Assembly: GCA_965216875.1 (NCBI GenBank)
Contig: OZ244207.1
Location: 8,064,001-8,128,000 of the forward strand
Source of the DNA: Rubripirellula sp.
GTDB lineage: Bacteria > Planctomycetota > Planctomycetia > Pirellulales > Pirellulaceae
DNA: 64,000 nucleotides
Reading direction: 5' to 3'
Numbering within the stretch: the first letter of the stretch is position 1; every line of letters starts with the position of its first letter. Of this stretch, positions 10,282 to 20,200 are shown in pieces. Both the position numbers and the translations under genes were made by a program. Below the pieces are notes generated by a model, which was given only the letters and a program-made list of their open reading frames with translations, did not search any database and was not told where the DNA came from.

Positions 10282-10743
10282 TTAGCCCTCCGAATCGACC
10301 ACCGCAGGGGCAACCGCTTCTGCGTCAGTGAGCGGGGCGGGACGATTGGGCTCGAACATCATTTCCGCAATACTCGACTTGCCAAGCGTTTCTTCGACCA
10401 ACGCCAGCGACTCGTCGAGCCGGGCGTGCATCGGGCACAGCTGTTTGCAGTGAGAAGGGAGCGAGAGCGGGCAGCCATGGATTCGCTCGAGCGGGTCAAC
10501 CGCATTGACCACATCAAGCACGGTCAACTCCGTCGGCGAACAGGCCAATTGAAAGCCTCCACCGACTCCGCGGCGGGAACTCAGGATTTCCGATCCAGCC
10601 AAATCATGCAGGATTTTCGACAAATAGCTCGTCGGAACCTGAGTGGCATCGGCAATCACGCGATTGCCAATCGGCCCTTTGGCTTGATGCTGGGCCAGGT
10701 AGATCACGGCTCGGAGGGCGTATTCGACGGTCTGTGAGAACAT
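10282..10743 (-). CDS. Rrf2-family transcriptional regulator
   Basis: MFSQTVEYALRA, YLSKIL, SRRGVGGGFQL, CPL...HCKQLCPMH. Start at ATG 10743. Confidence 0.93.
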   Translation of the reverse strand: MFSQTVEYALRAVIYLAQHQAKGPIGNRVIADATQVPTSYLSKILHDLAGSEILSSRRGVGGGFQLACSPTELTVLDVVNAVDPLERIHGCPLSLPSHCKQLCPMHARLDESLALVEETLGKSSIAEMMFEPNRPAPLTDAEAVAPAVVDSEG

Positions 10744-10819
10744 CCGGGGGCTCGATTGGGACACGAAACTGAGTCCTAGCTTAGCCGTTTTTCCCAGAAA
10801 AAAAGGGGGATGATTCATA

Positions 10820-10885
10820 AAAAGGACAATCTTGTCCGATTTTGGTCTTGTTGGGCTGTTTAAATCGGACAAAGATATCCGTAAT
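10820..10885. promoter_or_regulatory. Two palindromic GGAYA-N4-TRTCC boxes, putative Rrf2 operators in a divergent promoter
   Basis: AAAAGGACAATCTTGTCCGATTT (10820-10842) and AAATCGGACAAAGATATCCGTAAT (10862-10885). Confidence 0.65.
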
Positions 10886-10966
10886 TGGCTTGCAGGCGAT
10901 TCGCGCCGTTGTTGCGCAAGCGAGCCAAGGCGACCTCTCAGACAACATCGCACCGGAGTTTTGATT

Positions 10967-11500
10967 GTGACAAAAACCCCCATCGTTCTGTTTGCCGCAT
11001 TGGCGGTGACCGTTGTTTCCAGCGTTGGCCTGTTTGCGCAAGACGCGAAAAAGAAAGCCAAGAAAGATCGTCCGCTCGAGCGAACACGCAAAACGGTTCG
11101 AATGCTCGACGACATCTACAAAGGTGGCATCGTTGCGATCACCGATAACTATGTGAACGACAAAGACACGATTCCAGCGGGGACGGCGTTCAAGCAAGTC
11201 TTCAAATCGGCAGAGGAAAAGGGCTGGCATCGAGTACGATTGGTCGACGGACTCGGCGAACCACTCAACGAGGAAAACGCACCCGAAGACGCGTTCGAAA
11301 AGAAGGCCCTCAAGGCGTTGGTGGCTGGCGAATCGAAATGGTACGAAGAGGTCCAAGTCGAAGGCGACAAACGTGTTTTGCGAGTTGCCACGCCCGTGCC
11401 AGTTGTGTTCGAGAAATGCATCATGTGCCACGACAACTACGAAGGCGTCCCGGCTGGCCAAGCGATCGGTGCGTTGACCTACAAGATTACTGTCGAGTGA
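10967..11500 (+). CDS. Secreted c-type heme protein, DUF3365 (Tll0287-like)
   Basis: Signal peptide; NAPEDAFEKKAL, LRVATPVPVVFEKCIMCH (CxxCH), GALTY. GGAG lies upstream of the GTG start. Confidence 0.8.
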   Translation: MTKTPIVLFAALAVTVVSSVGLFAQDAKKKAKKDRPLERTRKTVRMLDDIYKGGIVAITDNYVNDKDTIPAGTAFKQVFKSAEEKGWHRVRLVDGLGEPLNEENAPEDAFEKKALKALVAGESKWYEEVQVEGDKRVLRVATPVPVVFEKCIMCHDNYEGVPAGQAIGALTYKITVE

Positions 11501-11549
11501 TCGGCTCGACCTAGAACGCTAGAAAGAGCGAAAAGAGAACACGGAGTTT

Positions 11550-12854
11550 GTGATGAACGTTTCACGCAGTTTGGTCTTTGCCGTTCTGGTTGCGATCGCT
11601 CCGATCGCAAGTGCGCAGAACGACTTTGAACAAGCGCCGATTGAATACCACACGGCGCCCGTTACGGACGCGATCGAAAAACTGCGCGTCGCGCTTGAAG
11701 CGGGAGAAACGAAACTCGAGTGGGACGAGCAGCACGGTTGGCTGACCGACCTGATGAAAAAGCTTGACGTTCCCGTTTCGTCACAAACGCTTGTCTTTTC
11801 CAAGACCAGTTTGCAAATCTCGCGGATCACGCCTCAGCGTCCGCGAGCGTTGTATTTCAACGATGACATCTATGTCGGTTGGGTCCAAGAGGGCGACGTG
11901 GTCGAGCTGTCGGCAGTCGATCCAAAGCAAGGACCCGTGTTCTATTCGATCGCCCAAAAAGAGAGCGGCGGTCCTGTGATCAAACGTGATCGTGGGCATT
12001 GCACCGTCTGTCATGCCTCGTCTCGCACGCAGAACGTTCCTGGCTTTTTGGTTCGCAGCGTCTATCCCAGTCGCAACGGGACACCCCACTATGGGCTTGG
12101 AACGACGACGACCGATCATTCGACCGATCTGTCGCAACGTTTCGGTGGTTGGTATGTCACCGGCACGCACGGCGCGATGCGACACATGGGCAACGTCATA
12201 GCGGAAGAAGATGCCAGCGATCCGATCGACGCTGAAGCGGGGGCCAACCGAACGACACTTGACGGTTTGGTCAATACGGAACCCTATTTGACCGACAGCA
12301 GCGACATCGTCGCGTTGATGGTGCTTGAGCATCAATCACAGATGCACAACTACATCACCCGAGCAAATTACGAAGCACGTCGGGCGAAGCACCAGGATCA
12401 AATCATGAGCAAGTTGCTCGATCGACCTGACAATTATGTCAGCGATTCAGCGAAACGCAGGATCGCCTCGGCGGGCGACAAGTTGCTCAAATACCTGTTG
12501 TTCGTTGACGAGCTGCAGTTGTCATCGCCCATCGCAGGATCGTCGGACTTTGTCAAAGACTTCGAAGAGTGTGGGATTCGAGACAAGCGTGGTCGGTCGC
12601 TACGTGACTTTGATCTTGAGACGCGGTTGTTCAAGTACCCCTGCAGCTTCCTGATCCACACCACGTCCTACACCGGACTTCCTGAAGAGGTGCGAGCCTA
12701 CGTCGAAGATCGCTTGGCAAAGGTGCTATTGGGGCAGGACACGTCGGGAGACTTTGAACACTTGACCCCGAACGATCGACAAGCGATTCGCGAAATCCTC
12801 TCCGACACACTACCTGGCTTCCGCGAACGTGTTGAAGACGCCCGGCGCTCGTAG
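11550..12854 (+). CDS. Secreted conserved hypothetical protein with a single CxxCH (putative cytochrome c)
   Basis: Signal peptide; SQTLVFSKTSLQ, PRALYFNDD, CTVCH, RFGGWYVTG, SDIVALMVLEHQ. Confidence 0.75.
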   Translation: MMNVSRSLVFAVLVAIAPIASAQNDFEQAPIEYHTAPVTDAIEKLRVALEAGETKLEWDEQHGWLTDLMKKLDVPVSSQTLVFSKTSLQISRITPQRPRALYFNDDIYVGWVQEGDVVELSAVDPKQGPVFYSIAQKESGGPVIKRDRGHCTVCHASSRTQNVPGFLVRSVYPSRNGTPHYGLGTTTTDHSTDLSQRFGGWYVTGTHGAMRHMGNVIAEEDASDPIDAEAGANRTTLDGLVNTEPYLTDSSDIVALMVLEHQSQMHNYITRANYEARRAKHQDQIMSKLLDRPDNYVSDSAKRRIASAGDKLLKYLLFVDELQLSSPIAGSSDFVKDFEECGIRDKRGRSLRDFDLETRLFKYPCSFLIHTTSYTGLPEEVRAYVEDRLAKVLLGQDTSGDFEHLTPNDRQAIREILSDTLPGFRERVEDARRS

Positions 12855-12916
12855 GCTGGCCCTAACCCGCGTGTACCGAACCTCTTCGTAGCGGCGTCTG
12901 CGTCGCGGCCAGCGGC

Positions 12917-13795
12917 TCAGTGTTTGCGGCCTTTGTAGACGCGGATCCAGTCGACCCACATGATGCTTTGATCGAGGTTGGCAAGCTCTTTATCGGTGGG
13001 TGTGATTCCGTCGTCACTTCGCCAATCTTGATCTTCGGTGTTGATGATGATGTGCATCGGTTTGCTGAGGCCGGTTCCAGCAGTGAAACCTTTGGGGTCG
13101 ATGATCGACTTTCCTGACACGGTGCGCACGAGCTTACCGTCAACGTAGTACTCCAAGTGCCAGGGATCACGCCAGTAGACGCCAACGCGGTGGAAGTCTT
13201 TTCGCCAGTTCGTTCCATCCCTGTACCAACTGCCGTCATCGGTCGGCTGATAGTCTTGAAAGGGCGATCGAATGAAAACGTGGTGGCTAAGGTGAAGTCG
13301 TTCAGCAGTCCATTTTTGGTCGGCCCGCTGGCTGCCATACGCTTCGATGATGTCGATCTCTTGAGTCGAATCTTTGCTTAACATCCATACGTTCGATGCA
13401 AGGACAAGTCCGCTAATCTTGACTTTGGCTTCGACGTAGAGCGGATAGGTGAAGGTTTCGTTTGACGAAATCACACCTGCATAGACTTTGTCCGTCGACG
13501 GTTTTCGGGATGCAGCGATCCCTAGGTGGCCGCCAGTGACATAAGAGTGGCCGGGATTGAACTCCGTGCGGCCAGGGCCAAGCCATCGATTGATGAATGA
13601 TGATTTCCATCGCCGCTTAAACGCATCAGGCTTTTCCGTTGGCTTTGTCGTGTATCGGAAATCATCGGAAACGGGTTGCAGTTCCCATTTCATCCCATCG
13701 GGAGCATGAGCGGGGATCGAAATTCCGTCCCAGTCGGCGGCCCAAACTGGTGGTGAGATGCCCAGTACGACCAAGAGTGCGACCAAACGTTTCAT
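12917..13795 (-). CDS. GH16 glycoside hydrolase, beta-agarase-like, secreted
   Basis: Catalytic [64 protein letters not shown]. Confidence 0.88.
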   Translation of the reverse strand: MKRLVALLVVLGISPPVWAADWDGISIPAHAPDGMKWELQPVSDDFRYTTKPTEKPDAFKRRWKSSFINRWLGPGRTEFNPGHSYVTGGHLGIAASRKPSTDKVYAGVISSNETFTYPLYVEAKVKISGLVLASNVWMLSKDSTQEIDIIEAYGSQRADQKWTAERLHLSHHVFIRSPFQDYQPTDDGSWYRDGTNWRKDFHRVGVYWRDPWHLEYYVDGKLVRTVSGKSIIDPKGFTAGTGLSKPMHIIINTEDQDWRSDDGITPTDKELANLDQSIMWVDWIRVYKGRKH

Positions 13796-14838
13796 GTTGC
13801 CGGCACGTCGGCTTGTGGTTCAGTTTGCGTTTCGGAACGCTGTTCGGCTTTGCGGTACAGGTTTGCCATTTCGAGCATCAATGATTCGAGAGCTGTGTAG
13901 TAGGGAACGCGTTTCATCGTCTCCTTTTGCGATCGCAGTTGATCGAGTCGCGATTCGATGTCACTTCGAAGCTTGATTTCGTCGGCGGTCAGCAGCAAGC
14001 CACCTTGCGACGGCGACAGGGTGAACTTGGCGGCGGTCTTTCCGTCGAGTGCGGCGTTCCCCTTGGCTTTCGCGATCGGCCGAGTGCCACGGAACATTTT
14101 CGCTGGCGTTCCTTTCGCGTCACCATTATCGTCCAGCAACGCATGCTCGGTGCTGATACGAGCTTCGGAATCGTAGAACGCTTGCACATCGGAACTCGCG
14201 CGCAAGAACGCTTCTTGGATCGAAACTTCGTCGTCGTGGTCGAGGTCTGCATCGGCGGACGTGATTGCTTCGGCAAAGAACTGTCCGAACCGCGAATAAT
14301 TCTGCTCGCTGCCGCTCTTGGTTGCCGTGACGATGACTCGATTGGGTCCCGATAATCGATTGATCAGCGGGCCGCTGGCAGAGTGGCAACCAATCACAAC
14401 GACCGGCCGTTTGACCGGTTCAAGCCAGTTGGCCAGTTCGGTGGCCGAAACGTCGCGCCCCTTCATGTTGAACTTGGCGACATTGTTTGCGTAAGTGCCA
14501 TGACCGATCATGACGAGCCAAAGGGGCGTCTCGATTTGCTGGCTCGCTTTTTCGATCGCATCCTGCAGTCTTTTGCGGTCTGCTGCGGATTCGTCCGCCT
14601 CGATTCCGATGGTTGCGATCGACAGATTGGATTGCTCGGCAACTTTTTTCCATGTGTCGGCCCAATTCGAAAACTGGTCGCCGTACTCGTCCGTTCCGCT
14701 TGCCCCGACCACCAAGATGATGTCGGCAAGCTTTCTTTCGGACGCGGGGGCAGGGATGCCGGTTGCGATGGTGCAAAGGACCAGGGCAGCGAACCACGCG
14801 ATCATTTTCGATGTTGGCAACACCATGTTTCTAAGCAA
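13792..14838 (-). CDS. Secreted hypothetical protein, possible caspase/C13-like (clan CD) fold
   Basis: LVMIGHG ... [11 protein letters not shown] ... RVIVTATK ... [15 protein letters not shown]. Confidence 0.6.
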   Translation of the reverse strand: MLRNMVLPTSKMIAWFAALVLCTIATGIPAPASERKLADIILVVGASGTDEYGDQFSNWADTWKKVAEQSNLSIATIGIEADESAADRKRLQDAIEKASQQIETPLWLVMIGHGTYANNVAKFNMKGRDVSATELANWLEPVKRPVVVIGCHSASGPLINRLSGPNRVIVTATKSGSEQNYSRFGQFFAEAITSADADLDHDDEVSIQEAFLRASSDVQAFYDSEARISTEHALLDDNGDAKGTPAKMFRGTRPIAKAKGNAALDGKTAAKFTLSPSQGGLLLTADEIKLRSDIESRLDQLRSQKETMKRVPYYTALESLMLEMANLYRKAEQRSETQTEPQADVPAT

Positions 14839-17233
14839 GCCCTTTCCAGCGGCGAAGTCCCCATTCGGCGCACAAGCACAACATCGCCAAGCCCATCACC
14901 CACGCGCTGTGCCAGATCGGATAGATCCAAGTTTCGCGAACGGGAACTTTCTTGTTCGGCAGATCCGCCGCAAACTGGTCCAGTTGGTCGTCAACCACCA
15001 CTTCGCCACCGGTCTGCTGAGCAATCTTCGAAAGAAGTTTGCGGTTGATTTGCAGGTCACCGAATTCGGCGGCGCCGGTTTGGACCGTCCATCCCGCGGT
15101 TGCTGATCCGACGTGACTGCCATCGGCCGCAGTGATCATCGCTTCGACGTGATAGCCGCCTGGTGTGCGCGACCAATAACTCGCTTTGTAGGTGCCCGCA
15201 AGCTGACCGTCTGCGTCGGCATTAAGCGTGAACGTTTCGCCTTCGATGGGCGAGATCTTGAATTTGACCGTGGCGTTGTCAAGCGGCAAGTAGGACTCGT
15301 CGCGCGCCACGGCAATAATGGTGACCGGTTGGCTTGGATCCTTGCTCGATTCGACACGCACCTCAGCGCGTCGGGGAACTTCGTTGACGAGCCAATGAGT
15401 GATCTGCCGCCACGTTTGAGCGGCGTCATCAGGGTGCTTTTCATCACGCCGCATCGACCATCGCCACAGGTCACCGATGGGAATCGCGGCCGAACGTCCT
15501 TTTCCGAAACGTTGGGCAACGATCGCAGGCAACGTTTTACCGTCGCGTGTATCGACCGTTGCCATAAGCGATGCGCCCGGTTTGACGTCCCCGACTTCAT
15601 TGAGGGTAAGGAAGGGAGGCATCGAAGCGGTGCGTTGTCTTTCGCCCGCTTCATTGTCTCGCAGTCGCATCCATGGTTGCAGCATGCCTTCACGCGTGAT
15701 CGACAGATTGACGGGGCCAAAACCCTCTTCCCGCTGCCGGCGAGGTGCGTAGACGGGTGCGAGATCGCCCAGTGGCGTGTCACCAAATCGTCGGCTGTCA
15801 AAGGACTCTTGGCCGCCCAGCATCAGCAGCCCGCCACCTCGCGCGGAGACGAACTTTTTCAGCAGCAACATTTGATCTTGAGTGAAGAATTCCGGTTCCA
15901 GGTCGTCAAGAATCACGCCATGGTAGGCAAACAGTTCTTCGCTCGATTCGGGGAATCCATCACTGAGTTCCTCGGACTCTTTGACACCGAGTCGAATGAT
16001 GACCGGTTCATCGTACTGCTGCGCCGCGTCTTCTTCGTCTTTTCCCAATCCGGCAAACAAGGGGTTCGTGCCGCTGACACCACGGTCTCGGAAGCTGAAT
16101 TTGGGTTCCTTTTTGGCGATTCGTAACAGCGCCACCATCTGAATCTCGGCATCCTCTTGCAATGCACGACGAATGAATTTGTACTCCCAGTTTGGTCGTC
16201 CAGCGACATAGAGGATGCGGTAGGGGCCGGTCGCTCGGTTCACGGCAACGACGCGGTGGTTGTTTGCTAAGGTCGCTTCATTGGTCTTGGGGGATTCGCT
16301 TGTTGGTTTGCCATCCTTGAATTCGTCGCGGTCTCCATCGACAAAGGCTGCCACGCGAAAGAAATTGACGCCAGCTTGGTCGGGCCGAAAACGAAATCGA
16401 ACTTCTCCGCCGCCGTCCGTTTCGTTTGTTTGAGTCTTCTTTTCTTCGATCACTTTGTTCGATGCGAGGTCGATCAATTGCACGACAACCGATTGGTCAT
16501 CCATGGCGACGGAGTCGACCGATATGCGGATGGTTGTCGGCGCCGACTCAAAATCGGTTTGGCGGATGCTGACATCGCTGATGCGAAGGTCACGCACATC
16601 GTCGTTGATCGCGGGCAGTACCGGATAGATCGGGAAACCGAGCGTCGACCAATCGAAATCGGTACCCGGTAGATCCGTCAGGTTGCCGTCGGTGAATAAC
16701 AGCACGCCGCCGACGGGGCGACCGGCGAAACGCTCTTGCAGCGATCGCAGACTTGCCGTGAGCGAAGAGACGTATCCATTGAGCGGTAGCGATTGGAAGT
16801 CTTCGACGTTTTCCAAGCGTGCATCGAACGAATAGGTCCGCACATCAAATGCCTGCGCCAATCGGACTCGCCATGGACTCTCTTTGTCAAGGCGATCCAT
16901 CACCGTGCGACCGCGACTGCGATCATCTGAGATCGACTTGAGCTGCATGCTTTGACTGTTGTCGGCTAGGATCGAAACGATGTTCGCTTGGGGCCTGGGC
17001 CGTGTGCCGCTGCGTAGCGGTTCCAGCAAGCAGATGGCGATCAACACGATCGCGACGATCTTCAAAAGCGATGCGACAACGCCGACGGGTCCGGAAGTCC
17101 CGCGCGCGGCGTAGTTCCAAATCACCAGCAACGTGATCACGATCACCGCGATCCCCGCTGGCACAACCCATTCGGGTGCTCCGAGCAAATAGTTGCCCGG
17201 GTCGATGGTGGAAGCGACTGCGTTTTCGTTCAA
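14831..17233 (-). CDS. Membrane protein with vWA-like and class I glutamine amidotransferase-like domains
   Basis: Two N-terminal TMs; LADNSQSM, LFTDG, GRPNWEYKFIRR, GGGLLMLGG, GKGRS; C-terminal TM ending [10 protein letters not shown]. Confidence 0.8.
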   Translation of the reverse strand: MNENAVASTIDPGNYLLGAPEWVVPAGIAVIVITLLVIWNYAARGTSGPVGVVASLLKIVAIVLIAICLLEPLRSGTRPRPQANIVSILADNSQSMQLKSISDDRSRGRTVMDRLDKESPWRVRLAQAFDVRTYSFDARLENVEDFQSLPLNGYVSSLTASLRSLQERFAGRPVGGVLLFTDGNLTDLPGTDFDWSTLGFPIYPVLPAINDDVRDLRISDVSIRQTDFESAPTTIRISVDSVAMDDQSVVVQLIDLASNKVIEEKKTQTNETDGGGEVRFRFRPDQAGVNFFRVAAFVDGDRDEFKDGKPTSESPKTNEATLANNHRVVAVNRATGPYRILYVAGRPNWEYKFIRRALQEDAEIQMVALLRIAKKEPKFSFRDRGVSGTNPLFAGLGKDEEDAAQQYDEPVIIRLGVKESEELSDGFPESSEELFAYHGVILDDLEPEFFTQDQMLLLKKFVSARGGGLLMLGGQESFDSRRFGDTPLGDLAPVYAPRRQREEGFGPVNLSITREGMLQPWMRLRDNEAGERQRTASMPPFLTLNEVGDVKPGASLMATVDTRDGKTLPAIVAQRFGKGRSAAIPIGDLWRWSMRRDEKHPDDAAQTWRQITHWLVNEVPRRAEVRVESSKDPSQPVTIIAVARDESYLPLDNATVKFKISPIEGETFTLNADADGQLAGTYKASYWSRTPGGYHVEAMITAADGSHVGSATAGWTVQTGAAEFGDLQINRKLLSKIAQQTGGEVVVDDQLDQFAADLPNKKVPVRETWIYPIWHSAWVMGLAMLCLCAEWGLRRWKGLA

Positions 17234-20200
17234 CGTCCGCTCCCTAAGCTTTCGTAGTATTTGCGAACCGCATCGGCGTACTCATCAGGCACGGGGTCGC
17301 GGTCGATCGGCACGTTCGCATTCTTGTCAGCCGAACGGCGCAGGAGTTCTTCAGAAACATCGCGTCGCAGTTCCCGAAGCGGAGTGGCGATCATTTCGTC
17401 GACCAACGCCCAGCGTGGTTCTTTTGAATGTCGCTTGTAATCACGTCGCATCTCACGAGCACGGTCGCGAATCCTCGCCGCACGCGAACGCAACTCGGGG
17501 TCATCCACCATTTCTTCGACATCACGCAGGCCGTCAGTCCATTCGCGAAAACCATCGCCAGTAAGGGGTGATGCGAGCCCGGGGTTTTCGGCAGCGAACT
17601 GATTCATCGCCGACTGACGCTGCTGAGAGCCTTGCGGTTGGCCGTTTGGTTGCTGGCCTTGTTGTTGGTTCTGCGACTGCGGTTGTTGTCCGGCTTGTCC
17701 GGACGGTTGCCCTTGTTGTTGCTGCTGCTGGCCTTCTCGTTGTTGTCCTTGCTGTTGGGACGGTTGTCCTTGCTGCTGCGACTCTTGTTGGCCCTGTTGC
17801 TGAGATTGCTGTTGGCCCTGCTGCTGAGACTGTTGCTGAGATTGCTGTCCTGGTTGTTGAGACGATTGTTGACCTTGTTGTGAGGATTGCTGCTGCCCTT
17901 GTTGTTGGGGCTGGTCCGAGTCAGAACGCTGCTGGGCGTTGGGTTGTCCGCTCTGTTGCTGCGACGATTGCTCCGAGGGATTGTCACTCTCGTTTGGGTT
18001 TTGCCCTCCTTGTTGCTGCGAAGACGGTTGGCGATTCTGTTGTTGGCCATCTTGTTGGTTTTCACTCGGCCGATCGCCGCCACGTTGTTGGTTTGACTGC
18101 GAAGCCGGTTGTCCGCTCTCCGCGTTCTCCTGAGTGCCCTGTTGAGGGTCGTTCCGGCGAATCTCGTCATCGAGTGACCGTTCGAGTCGCTCGAGTTGAC
18201 TGAGTGCTCGGGCCAATGCTTCGGTCTCATCACCAAGTACCGTCGACGCGGCTTCTTCGAGATCTTCTCGCAGTTGATCGAGTCCTTCGGCAGCCTGTTT
18301 CTCAAACTCTTGAGCTTGAGGATCATATCCTCGCCGCAGCAACTCGGATGTGTTTTCGAGTGACCGATCGACTTGTCGCTGTCTTGTTTTGCGGTAGGAG
18401 TCATAGAGCTTCTGGGCGAGCAGCGGTTCAGCAGATTCGGCCTGTTCGACCGTCTCTTGCATCTTGTCGAGAAGTTCGCCGAGTTGTTCTCGCTGTTGAT
18501 CGAGCTGCTTGAGGATCTCTTCACGCGGGTCGGTGCCGCGAAGGCCTTGGGCAGGATCGTTTTCGTCTATGTTGGCAAGTTGCTCGGAGAGCTTTTCCTG
18601 GTTTTGGTCGAGCTCTTGCGCGTCGCTCCGCATTTGCCGCATCGTTTCATTGAATGCACCGGCAGCTTCACGTCGGAATTCATCTCGCATTTCTTCGAAT
18701 TCGCGTTCGGCTCGTTTGCCGGCCGAAAGGGCTTCTGCGGCATCGTTTTCTCGCAACGCCTCGCTGGCTCGCCGAACGTTTTCGCGGGTTTCATCCAATC
18801 GCTCGGCCGCATCGCTCATCTGCTGTTGGTTTTCAGGTTGCTGCATCCTTTCGGCAAGCTCGTCCGTTTCGCGAAGCAAATCTTGTTGCTGTTCGCGCAG
18901 GCGTTGCAGCTGCCGTTTGATCTCCTCTTGCTCTTCTTCCGTCTCGGCTTGCTCAAGAGCAGACTGTAGTTGTGCAAGTTCCTTATTCAGGTCTTCTTGT
19001 CGCCGTGCGAGCTCGCGCAACCGATTGAGCACTTGGCGTATTTCGCGTTGCAACTGTTCTTGCTCGGAGTTCTCTTGGGCTTGCTGCTGCGTCTCGTACC
19101 GGTTTTCTTCCTGGTCGATCTCCAGTTCGTTGATTTGTTGCTGCCGGCGTTGGGCGCTGCGGTTCTGCGGTTGGCCTTGGTTTTGTTGTTGCTGTCGCCG
19201 TTGGACTTCAAACTCGCGAGCACGTAGTTTCAATAGTCCTGCATACGCTTGTTGGGCGGCGATCATTGCTGGGTCGAGCGGATCGACATCGTTGCCGTCA
19301 ACGGCATTCGAGAATTCATCGTAGGCTGTTGTCATGGCGCCTCGAATCACCTCGACGATTTTCAAAGAGCGTTCGTCTTGGATTTTCTCGGCAAGTTGTT
19401 CCATTTGCAAAATGGCATCGCTTTGTGAATCCTTCAGCAAGGTGGCGTTGTCACCAAAGTCTTGGCTCGGCTGTTCACCTCGCTCGGCACGAATCACCGT
19501 CCAGGTTGCGTTGATGATTTCCTTTTGCAATTCGGCCAATTGTTCCGCTTGCTGGCCGTTTTGGTTTTGTTGTTGCTGCTGTTGTTGTTGACCAGATGGC
19601 GGCGGTTGGCCTTCGCGAAAGATCTCGTCAAAGGGACGCACTTCGGCAAAGAACATGTCCGACTCGGTGCGGCGGACGTCGCCGTCGGGCCCAAAGTCTT
19701 CAGCCCAAAAGAAATAAGCAAACAGTTGATCGGGCTCGGCTTCGAGTGCTTCGAATTCAACCAGGCGTTCAAGCTTCTCGGTGGCCCCTCGCGGGATTTC
19801 TTCACCAAGCGTCATGTCCACGATCGGGCCACCGCTGAATCGGTAAGACATGCCGGCGCGGGCGACGCCAAAATCATCACGGACTTCGGCGCCGAGCAGG
19901 AGTTCTTCGATTGGCGAAACGACAACATCGCGAGCTTGAGATAGCTTTAGTTTTGGCGGTTGGTTCGGAAGGACTCGGGCGATCAACTCGGGCGGGTAGC
20001 GGTTTTCGCGGTGATCGGCGTCCACCAATTTCAGCGTCAAGCGTTTCGTTTCTTGAAGGTCGATCGATGTGCTGTAGGCACCAGGGCTTGCATCGTCTGG
20101 CTCAAGTGCGATTCGTTCGCTGCCATCTTTCGAAACCAGTTCGGCCGAGATGACGTCCTTGTTCAGAAAACAGATCCATTTCACTTCCGTGCCAACAACG

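Noticed and set aside
10743..11115. N-terminal extensions of Rrf2 (to 11115) and DUF3365 (from 10832) in the ORF track
   Set aside because: They would overlap each other and the operator boxes. Family-typical starts are at 10743 and ~10967.
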